Assembly (NCBI GenBank): GCA_002633005.1
Contig: NMRA01000102.1
Location: 449,511-513,510, forward strand
Direction of reading: 5' to 3'
DNA length: 64,000 nt
From: Phoronis australis
Taxonomy: Eukaryota > Animalia > Phoronida
Under the pieces are notes generated by a model. That model was not told the DNA's origin, searched no databases, and saw only the letters and a list, made by a program, of their open reading frames with translations. This document shows, one piece after another, positions 24,713 through 36,700 of the stretch (within the stretch, counting starts at the first letter, position 1; each line of letters opens with the position of its first letter). Made by a program: the position numbers and the translations under genes.

Positions 24713-27700
24713 ATGAAATTTTTGGATGCGGAACTTGCATTACTGAGAGGGAATGTTTGTGTAAACGAATCTTCAAAGAATGAAGGTAAATTCAAGTTAC
24801 TGACTCTACATACGACCAGGTAGCCTTGGTGCAAAGCTGTATACTAAATAAATAGCTTTGCGCCGATGTGGCTAACACAATTATGAATAGTTAATACAGC
24901 CAATATAGTAGGGAGGACAACGTTTTTTAAATTTTTTTTACAATACCCATGTGTCATACATTTTTGAAAAGCCCTTGGTGTGAGAAATGAAATGGTGCAA
25001 AAATCAGAAAAATTGGATGAGCGGTTAACGAGAAAATGGCCGTTGAAGGGCGACGATTATGCGTAAAATATCTGCCTTTTTACATAACATGCTATGAACA
25101 TTCCCACTAAATAAAATTGGTTCTAACCCCAGTGGTTAAGGTAAACGGCACTTTGGAAAATTGAACTAGACCGTATTTATCCACCTTGGCTGAGTCGCAC
25201 TCGGCTCACGATCAAAGGGATGCTGCCAGGCTGCTCTAGTCATCGAGTCACGAGCGAGGATAATTGGCTTCGCTCATGCGGATATGATCAGCAGCTGACT
25301 ACAATCTAGCTAGCAGACTGTACTTTTTATGGTGAGAGTTTTACGTAGTTTTTACTGTAATATTTGAAAAGAGGAGCGAAAACAAATATGAGTACAACTT
25401 TGAATTTTTCAAATCGGCCCAGGATAAGAGATTTTGCAACACAGCAACACTCACGATTACTTTCATTCGGCGCGCACTAATACAAAAATATAGGACCCAA
25501 GTTATTTAGATTTTGGAACACATGCATTGCAATATTCAAAATNNNNNNNNNNNNNNNNNNNNNNNNNNNNNNNNNNNNNNNNNNNNNNNNNNNNNNNNNN
25601 NNNNNNNNNNNNNNNNNNNNNNNNNNNNNNNNNNNNNNNNNNNNNNNNNNNNNNNNNNNNNNNNNNNNNNNNNNNNNNNNNNNNNNNNNNNNNNNNNNNN
25701 NNNNNNNNNNNNNNNNNNNNNNNNNNNNNNNNNNNNNNNNNNNNNNNNNNNNNNNNNNNNNNNNNNNNNNNNNNNNNNNNNNNNNNNNNNNNNNNNNNNN
25801 NNNNNNNNNNNNNNNNNNNNNNNNNNNNNNNNNNNNNNNNNNNNNNNNNNNNNNNNNNNNNNNNNNNNNNNNNNNNNNNNNNNNNNNNNNNNNNNNNNNN
25901 NNNNNNNNNNNNNNNNNNNNNNNNNNNTGGAAAAACATCAATCTCCCGACCGACCAAAATTAGGCCTTCCGGACGATCGAAAACTCGCCATGAAAACTTG
26001 GCCTTGACTTTGAGAAAACAACTTGAGGAGATGCGCACGCATCTAAACTACATCCTGTCCAAATTTCATGTTTGTATTTGAGAGTATAGTGCTCTTTTGG
26101 ATAGGAGGAACAAGAGGTACTTTTTCGAAAGTTGATCGCATGGCGGAAAGTCGAGCGCTAAAAAAAGCTTACAAAAATGATTTATCAGCGATAATTTGAG
26201 ACAAAAAGATTACAAACTTACAAATAAAGACTAAGGTAACGATTTATAACACAAAATTGTCTTACAGTTAACTTTGAAGTCTGAAATCGGGAAATTTACC
26301 GACGTGGGTTTTACACGGAGGCAGATATGGAGCACCGTGACCTTCTTTTTGATTGTCCTCCCTAAATATAGCCTTACAGGCGTCCTCTTCTGATCGTCCC
26401 CAATACATACACCGGTGACCTAAAGTCGTGAATATAAGCATAATAAGCAGTGGATTGTCATACTACCCAATGTCCGTTTGCAACTGCTCATGTGATGTCA
26501 TGGACATATATCAGCCTTCACAAATATACGTGTTTTGACAATCTTAATCCTTGTTTGTATCCGTAAGCAGTGTTTTAAAACAGTCGCTGATATCGATGGC
26601 CATTTTGAATGAGGCCCTAAAGTCGTGAACGTTTCGTTTAGACGGAAATGCACGAAGTATGACCACACAAGTCAACTACAGTGCTTACAGTTACTCTAGA
26701 TGACATAAAAATGCATTGCATTGTTTATTAATTCAGTTTCAATTGAAATAAACTGTTACATGTTTTGCACCCAACTTGATGTGCACAGACGTTTTCAATG
26801 AGGTTGTTCACGTAAACTGTTAAGAACCCAGCATCATTTATCGCTCTGTATTTTATTGTTTTGGCCTTACAAAACTTGATCGACCCTGGGACACTTTGAT
26901 ACATTGTTGAAGCTACCCCTGGAGCGTGTGTTTGAGTAAATCTGAACGATAAATATTTTCGAAAATACATCCCAAAAATGCACAAAAAAGTGAATTAGTG
27001 AAATATGCTGTTTCTAAGATACATTTGAAAAAAGAAGCCACTCACTCACTGTTTGTTATCATATTGTGAATACGAACACGTCCGGGTATTCATTTGACGT
27101 TCGTAAGCAGACGAACGCTGGAAACTTCAACGCCAGATGTCGCAGGACCGCGCAGAAGAGGAAATAAGATCGTTCATGACTTTAGGGCACTCACGACTTT
27201 AGGACCTCTGACGGCACTATATGTATATATACTACAAGGCACAGGTCAGGCGTCCTCAGCTTCTGATCGCGTCCCCAATACACTACATATAATAATACAA
27301 GGTATGATACTCAGGACTAGAAATTCCACGGGTGCGCCGTCCATATCAAACACATAACTCAATAAATTTACACAAAACGGGTTCAACAAACCATGAGAAA
27401 TTGTTCTTTCTTATAATGCCATTCACGGTGTCCTGCTCCAGCGAGTTCGCAAGAAATTCGCTGTCAAAGCACAAAAAATGTTCCCAAAAAGCCCAAACAC
27501 ACTTTGCACTTTGTCGGTTCAAGGTCAAAGGCGCTACGGAAATTACCGATGAATTACAGATGGACGGCGTTATCGACATCGTGACTTTACGTGACAAACC
27601 GGCAATTTCCGTATTGGGGACGATCAGCTGAGGATGCCTGTGCTACAAGGTATGACACTCGGGACTAGAAATTCCATGGGTGCTTCACTTCAGCCCTCCA

Positions 27701-30700
27701 TATCAAACACAAAACTCAAACACAAAACGGGTTCAACAAACCATGACTGAGCAATTGTTCTTGGCATTTACGGTGTCCTGCTCTAGCGAGTGCGCAACAA
27801 ATTCGCAGTCAAAGCAAAATAATCTTCCCAAAAAGCCGATGTGTACTGTCTATTTTGTCCCACGGAAATTGCCAATTGTCACGGAAAGTTACAACATCAA
27901 TAACTCTACTCTTAGCCAGACCATTTCGTAACCTTCCGTGATGAACCACCAGTTGCCGTCCAGCCGTAACTCGTCGGATAATTCCGTACTGTACTTGACC
28001 TTGAACCGACTCGCATTGGACAAAATAGACAGTACGCATTGGCTTTTTGGGAACATTTTTGTGCTTTGATTGCGAATTTGTTGCGAAGTTGCTGGAGCGG
28101 GACACCGTAAGTGATGCCCGTGGTTTGTTGAACCCCTGTTTTGTGTAAATTTATTGAGTTGTGTGTTTGATATAGACAACTGAAGTGAAGCACCCGTGGA
28201 ATTTCTGGTCGGGAGTGTCATACCTTGTAGTATATATGGGGACGATCAGAAGCTGAGGACACCTACGCACCCTTCGTTGAGCTTCCCTCACGAGGTGGCA
28301 TTTTGAGGAAGTTGCACGAAATCATGCCTGTTGACAAAAAAAAAGAGTCCACGGGAGACAAATCTTAAAATTACATAGGTTATCTTCCCATGCTACTTTT
28401 TGCAAGTGTCATGCGCAAGGTCAGGCGCTTCACTCTGTCTTACGCTTGTCGTTGCCTTATTCTGGTTTCGTCACATTGAAATACTTGGTGGTTATCGCGC
28501 ACGGTGAAAAAGTTAAGGGCGATCAAAAAAGTGGAAGTAGAATTCTTCACCAAAGTCAACTTAATTCCCATAGACATGTTTCATATGGATTAGACAGTGA
28601 CCACCGTCTTCAGGTGACTAGAGACGGTGTAGCTCCTACGAGCTTCATACGCTGGAAGCTTTTCTATGAGTTATGCCTCACACTGACTAAAACTAAGTCG
28701 CATTGTCATAAAAACCTTTTGCGCATGGAGGGACATCTTAGGAGGCCGTCGATGTATTTAATTCTTTCCAACTCAACGAAATACTCCCGTTATCAAACTT
28801 TTTATCGAGCAGTCCCTCATTCAGTTCTCGAAATTGGAAACTCAGCATTTTCAACACTGCGCGCGGCAGGTGGGATGACGTCATAAGCTAGGTTTGCGCT
28901 AGCCGCTCGCCAGCTCGCCATTGGTGAATTCTGAGCAGCACTGGCGAATGCTTTCGCAACTTGACATTAAAAATTAATTTCGGGAAACCAACTGACGTGT
29001 CTGCTCGAATTAAGTAGCGCCGCAAATAACATTCTTACTTTGATTTCGATTCCTAAAAATAGCAAGCGACTGTCCCATTTCACGTCCGTCACTACCCCTG
29101 AAATCACTCTTTTACCACAATGACAATGTCAAGACTATTTTGGCAGTGGCCGAAAGAAAGCAAGGTAAAGCAAATGTCAATTTGTTACTTAATGAATTTT
29201 GTATTCACTACTCTGCACAATTTAGCTTTATTTTTGCAAGCCACAAGTTATATTTACGTTTTTGGACCTCAGTCAATATATTGCTCATCAAAATACCCAT
29301 GTGGCCACGTACCCCTGCCGTAACCCGGGTATTGGGGGAATCCCTGCCCATTTTTTTCTGTTCAATGTCATTTAAATGTCATGTGACTGGCATACCCCTG
29401 CCATAACCCAGGTTTAGGGGGGAAGCCCTGCCCATTTTTTTTAGGTCAACATGCTGCCCCCGTGGCTGGCGTACCCCTGCCATAACCCGGGTATAGGGGG
29501 GAAGCCTGCCCAATGTTTTTGGGTCAACATCATGCCGCTGTGGCAGGCGTACCCCTGCCATAACCCTGGTGTAGGGGGAAAGCCCTGCCCAATGTTTTTA
29601 GGTCAACATCATGCCCATGTGGCTGGCGTACCCCTGCCGTAGCCTGGAGACAGGGAGAAAGTATTTGGCTAAGAATTTTTGAAAATAGCTAATGTTTTCA
29701 GGTGCAGTAGTCATTTTGGCTAATAACTTTAAAAGTCTAGTACCAGCCTAGTCGTCGTTGAAGATGGTTCCATTAAATCTTTCCAATACCAATCAATGCC
29801 AAATAATTTGGTCACTTGAAGGGGCTGCGGAAGGAAGTCTTAAGCAAAAATTATGAGAAATCAGCAGCATTCTCTGAGAAAAAGTCTGGTTTATGAGCAA
29901 AAAGATATGTGTTTGTATGACATGATTTGTGGTATGGATTGTGAGACAAGAACTGTGTTACGAAGAAAAGCACACTGTCCGTGAGAGCAGTTTTGTGAGT
30001 CTGTTTTGAAATTGGAGAAGGTTTGAAATATTTAAAAACAAATATTTGTGCTAATGTAGTGAAGCCACACCACTGATTTGTAATGAATCTGAACTCTTTA
30101 CAAATTTCTGGTTTTAATCTTCTTAATGTGAGGAAACTCCTTGTTTATGTTTCAATATTTTATTTCAGATTCCAGGCAGTTACACAACCTTGTAAGCCTC
30201 ATTAACAAGGGTGACCTTGAATGCGTCATAACACATCCTGTTGCCAGGAGACTGTGTCCCATGGTGACATCGATGTCAGAGTTAGATGAGCTACAGACCA
30301 GAATATCTAGTGTCGTTAAAGAATTTGTTACATGTGATGACAAGGATCTTTGTAGTGTCAGACAGTGTCTAGTGTTGTGTGTGGCAGTGGCGCACATACA
30401 ATACTTTGTTCAACACAACTGGTTGGGTCCTGTCACGAAATTTGATTGGTCGTCACTGATACTGTCACAGTCTGCCAAGACAGAAGAATACGTAAGGCTG
30501 GTTGTGGCGCATTCTTGGATGAATTCCATATATTTTGCAATACTGATAATGAATTGCAAGACACTGTTGATATTTTAAGTAATGTGGTGAACGAATTACG
30601 ATATTATTAGATTTTAGAAGTAAGTTGCAGTTACTTTTTGAAAAAGATTGACTTATTTTAGAAAACTTTTTGTGATTTCTTGTTATCATTACTTTTTGTT

Positions 30701-33700
30701 TGCCTCTTAGCAAATCTAGAAATAATGAGAATATGAACTAACAAAACTGATTGAAGAAGCCTAGCAAATATCTCATATTATAAACAGGACATTATAGAGA
30801 GTGATCACTTTAAAAGTGAAGTGTAATTGTTATGTCAGTTTTAGGAAATGATTTGTTATTATTTCAGGTGAAATTGTTACAAGATGATCTCATAGATCGT
30901 CTGTCGGTGGACGGTGAAGTCTGTTATAACCTACTAAGACAGCCAGTATGTCTGCTGTTGGCAAGGTACCTTCTGGTTGGTTGTCAGGAATGGTTACAAG
31001 ATGTGCCAGTAAGTGAGTTTTCACTGGACGTGACATTTGGAGTCTCTTTAAGTTGTACTTAAATTGACATCATCCGATTTCTTGGACCATACACAATGTT
31101 ACATGAATCTTGAAAACATTTAATGTCATTCGTAGTATGAAAGCTGCAGGGTTCATGTACTTTTTTTAATGCCAGTCGAGTGAGTTGCGTAAGCCATGCA
31201 CAAACATTGTTGTTCACTTGTTTTGTTCATTTTCTATGTAGTTAAAACGTAGCCTTTGTCTATTACAATCCTCACATGGCAAACGGCAGATTGGACGTCT
31301 GAACCACTGTAACTTTTGCACACTCATCACAGACACCTGATGTGCCTTCTTATCTTCCAACCGTCAAATCAGAAGCCTATATTCCAATGGCATGATTTGT
31401 GGTTAGACTTTGTCCACCCATAGTGATCATAGGACTGGTAACACTCTTTGCTAACGTCTGATCTGCCTGATGTCCAAATATCTTATCTGCCTTTTATGTA
31501 TAAATTCCACATCTGACTTTGGTATTAGCTCTTCCGGCAATAGTCACTTACAAGGGTTCCGGATTTTGAGAACCAGTTTGATGCCTGTTTTTGGGTGGAG
31601 AAAACTGGTTCTCGAAGTGCAGGACCCAGTAAGTGACATACCATTCTTCCCGTGATACCCATGCAGTTTCACACTGTGTGATACTTACGGTAACAATTAT
31701 AAAAGAAACTTGTTTCACAAGCTGTTTGTGCTGCTCTTGTAGTGTTTAAGCGTGAAGTGAATCGCTTTTGTGGGTTCTGTCAAATATTTTTTTGTGGTGT
31801 TGACAATACTGATAATTATATTTTAAAACTTGTGATTTTATCCGCCCTTATTTATATGTGGGTGCACATTGCCATCATCTCTGTCTCGGCATCCAGCGTT
31901 TCCAGCTGTATCCTAAACCCCGAACAGGACCTTGATGAGATTTGGCAGATGTTTTCCTATGAAGCTGACGACGGATGACGACGAATTTTGGACCTAGTGA
32001 CAGTTTTAATTTTTTACCGTTGCCTCTGTATCTTTGGAGTTCTTGGGTGGATTTTTATGAAATTTAGTAAATAGGTTTCTATTAAGGAGATGACACTTTT
32101 CCATTTTTGGATGGCTCTTGACGATTCTGTGCCACTTAATGGCCATTTTTGAAATTTTTGAGTCAGTTTTTTTGGCGTCTGCCTTTATAACTGCCAAACC
32201 GTTTAAAAAGTCATGAAAATTGGCAAATGTGTTCCTAATGAGGAGACCACAGCTGACATTTATTTTCGGATGGGTTTGACTACTCTGGCGCCCCCTAGTG
32301 GGGATTTTGTTTATTTTTTTCCGCGTCTGTATCTCCTTAACCCTTTGCAAGTTCTTTCATTGTGGAATTAGGCAGATGTGTTTCTATGGAATTGACAACA
32401 GATGATGACGAGTTTCAGCCCGATCCGACTATTGGTGTGCCCTCTAGTGGCAATTTTATTTTTTTAGGTTTTCCTGTGTTTCGTAGTTCATTGATGGATT
32501 TTCATAAAACTTGGCAAATAGGTTTCTATTAAAGTGATGGCATTGCTTTTTCCATTTTTGGACAGATTTTACGTATTGTGCCCCTCCTTGTGGTGATTTT
32601 TAACAGTTTTGAGTCCATNTTTTGTTTCTGTGGTGCTTTAAGCAACTGGTGTATAGGATGTGCTTGTATTATGAAGATTACTCACATTTTGCCCCTAGCC
32701 TATTGAGGAGACAATGACCATGCCTTTCCATTTTGCAAAGTATGCCCTCTACTGGCCACTTTATGTGGTACCAATAAACAACCCTAGAAGGATACCGTAT
32801 GCGGTGCAATTGTGGGCGCATTTCAACGCTCCGCGTTGCTCTTGTTTAGGTTTTCCTGTGTTTCGTAGTTCATTGATGGATTTTCATAAAACTTGGCAAA
32901 TAGGTTTCTATTAAAGTGATGGCATTGCTTTTTCCATTTTTGGACAGATTTTACGTATTGTGCCCCTCCTTGTGGTGATTTTTAACAGTTTTGAGTCCAT
33001 TTTTGGTGTCCACCTCTCTATCCACCAAACTGCTTTGAGGATCATTGTGAAAATTTACAGATTTGTTTCAGGTGCAAGGCCGCATCTGATGCTGATGTTT
33101 GGATGGGTTCCACTACTTTGGCGCCCCCTAGTGGCATTTTTTTCCATCTGTGGATGTATCTCATTAATTGTTATTTAGGATCTTTGTGAAATTTGGCAGA
33201 CGTTTTCGTATGGAGGTGACAATATTTTATGACGCATTTCAGACCCATTCGACTACCACTGTGCCCCCTAGTGGTAGTTTTAGTTGTTAACATTTGCCTC
33301 TGTATTTTCCAAGTTAATTGATGTATTTTCCTGAAATTTGGCAAATAAGTTACTATTGAGATGACGAGCCTTCCATTTTTGTATGGATTTGATGTATTTT
33401 TGCATCACTTAGTAGCTATTTTTATTTTTAGAGAACCTTTTTTGTTCCTCATAAGAAGACGTTGATTTGTGGATGGATTTGACAACTGTGATCCATCCTG
33501 CTGGCGATGTTTGTATTTTTTGCTTCCTCGGTTGTATGTACTTACTATCTTGAAGGATCTTTGTGAAATTTTGCCAGAATAAGTTTTAATATTATAACTG
33601 AATACGGCTACTAAGTCTTTTGGACGGTTCTGACTACTGCTGTATCCCACCCTAGTAGCAATTTTAGTTTTTACGTTTGGATCTGTATCTTCAGAATCCT

Positions 33701-36700
33701 TTGACAGTTTTTATTAAAATGTGATAAGTTAAGCAAGTTTCTGTTATGTTGGTGATAGCATCAATCCACTTTGGGATGGATTTGACGTTTTCTGCACTAC
33801 CCAGTGTTCATTTTTGACACTTATAAACACCCCTAGAAGCACACTGCTTGCGTTGCTGTCGTGGGTGCATTTCAACGATCTTCATTGCTCTTGTCATTTT
33901 TATAGTCAGCTGACCTTTGGCGTCTCCACTGTTTATGGCTGCACCAACGAACACTTGACAACCGAGTCTTCAGCCTAAAGACTGCCATTGTGGAACTTAT
34001 GGACAGGGGTAGGGCTCACATGATGTCCTGTGCTGTTTGTTGCTCACATTGTTTTCATCGCCAAAAGGTTTATTTGTTTTACTCAGTGGTTTATCTTTTT
34101 TTGTCATTACTCTTTTGCATCCAAACGGCTCGATTCCTAGCATAATGTCAGCTTACCAAATGCACCCTGGCTAAATGCCAAATCAGCAAACCTCATTGGC
34201 AAGACCCAAAAATGAAATAAATGAGATAGCTGAATTGATGACCAATTTTCTTGTCTCGCTCACTCTCCTAATGAGGCACATGAACCCAATTGGGCCTTTC
34301 TGATTTTTTTAGATCGATTCTGACTTCCATCTGTTTATTCCTTGCAGTATCATGAGTGCGCTCAGTTTTAGCGTGGCGACTTTGTATTATATCCTGTCTG
34401 ATATTAAAACACAACCATTAGGCACTGGTAATGACATGACATTTAAAGGACACATTGCAGCTAATTATACTAATTACACTTTTGATGGAATTGGCCAAAA
34501 TAATTAAAAAAATTTAAAACTTTTGAGATGTCTTGTTTTAGGAGTATATGTTATAGTTTGTGTGATTTTGACTTCTTTCTATTTCAGTATCCCAACAACA
34601 ATGGCTGAAAGCTGATGAATACAAGTAAGGTCATTTACAGTGAAATTACTTAAGACTTCAAGCAAACATAAACTCACCTTCTGTCACAAAACTTAAGTTT
34701 TAGTTTAGAACACTTACTGTAATAAAATTGGTTTGAATAATATTCCTTAGTCTAATTGGACATGATTTCGTGAATTGGAAGAACTGACCACAGTTGGCCT
34801 TTGGTTGAGACCAGGTTCTACAAGTTGGCTTGTCACAGTTGGCCATTTTATGTGCCGAGCAGGTTTTAAGCAGTTATAATGAATCGTCAGTTTTATAAGG
34901 TCAGCAGTCAGTCTCATCTGAGTTAGCACCAGGTTGAGAATAGTGCACCTGCACCTGTTTCAGGACCCAGCGCCATTCAAAGATTCGCCTCAATATTATA
35001 GATGCGTTCTGCTCACCATCTTGTAGAGAACCTTATTTATAACTTTCAGAGATTTTCATTTCAATAAAAATAAAATTCTGTTTTTTCCATTTTATAAATT
35101 AGCAAATTCCATTTTACAAAAGTGATGGAATTGCATTACTTTTACTGTGTCAATTATGCCGCAGCTCCATTTCACTGATGACTCGTTACGCGTCATGTTT
35201 ATTGTTTCTTAAAACTGGAAAAACAATGGCACCATCTTCAAAATGAATAAGCTACTACGTGAACATGTCTACTGAAAAATGATTGTCGATCAATTTTTGG
35301 CCAGAATCATGGAATTTTAATGGATGTTATTCTAAATAATATTAGGTATTCAAAATCAAAAATGTGAATATTATGGTATCTTTTACTGAAATATGTGAAT
35401 TCAGTTCAAAGCCTGTAATTCCTTGTAAAAAGCAAATTCCATGAATGCATTCTGTTTTCTATTATCACTGAAAATCAGGGTCTCTGTTCATGATGCCTAT
35501 ATATTCTTTTGCAGCGACCTCGCCATTCAGTATCACTTGGAGGCGGTTTACTTGAGTATTTATTATTACCGCTACAAGCATGGGCAGGAACACCTAGATG
35601 AGGCTGTCAAACTGTCTAGACTATCAGCCGACTTGACAGGTGAGTTGTTTGGATGCTAAGGCCAGTGGTGACAGTAATCGGGTTGTCAATGAAGATGATA
35701 TAATATGAATATATTATAATATGGATATGAATATTATTGTAATATGGATATGAATATATTATAATATGGATATATTATACATGTTGCAATTTTTGAGTCA
35801 CTTAATCATTATCTGCAAATGTTTTTGAACTTTTTTGTAGGACACATCTGTGTATTTAACTACAAAATTATAGATGTCAACTCGTTAAAAAAGTATACAT
35901 TTTCTAAAAGAAGAAAATCAAATTTGATATTTGCATGTCTTCAGTAAAATTTAAGAAAGTTATATTCATAGCAAAACAATTGGTAACAATAACATGAACT
36001 AATTTCGTTTAGCGTAAATGTTCACTATGAAATCTCAAAAACCTTGTTGCAGCTTTCTAACTTATCTTCGTTCTTTTTTGATAACCCCTCCTGCAAAGGT
36101 GGAACATTTTAACAACAATTGTTTTTATAAGAATAGGGATATACTTAGCCACTTGCCCAGTCACCAATGTGAGTAAAAATGGTGCTGGGTGAGTAGAAGT
36201 TTGTTTGCCGGTCACCCAGGTGAGCGCAAAGGCAATCTACTGTTTCCCAGGTGAAAATGAATAAATTTTCTCCTCCTTGTGCTATTTTTATCATCAATTT
36301 AAGGTTAAGTTTGGTCCGTGTGTTGATGCTCCGGCAGTAGAAGAAACATCGGTGCACTGCGTTCTTACTGAGTCAGTAGATGTTAACCGTTATGCGATTC
36401 GTCTAGATAAAAGGTCACAGTGAGTGGGACGTGTGGTGGGTCCTGCACAAAGATGGACTAATCCGAAATGAAGGAAAAGGGGGGGAAGGCGTTAGACCAG
36501 TGCATGTACTCACAGCAAGTGAAATACCACATTTCTTGGAATTGACTTCTTATTGTACAGTGTAATTTTAGCCAAGATTATTTTATAAATAATAACACTG
36601 AAAATACATAAAAATTAAAGAAGTTGTGCTTGTTATTGTTATTAGCTGATCAAAATAAAATATCGCGATTTTTAGCTAGACTGATAATACATGTGTAGAG

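Noticed and set aside
25477-26081. Long ORFs in the ORF track (also 46951-48078)
   Set aside because: Artefacts of translating through N gaps.
28889-29750. Intact hAT MITE with TAGG termini
   Set aside because: Termini are only loosely inverted and no TSD is evident, so only the internal tandem repeat is reported with confidence.
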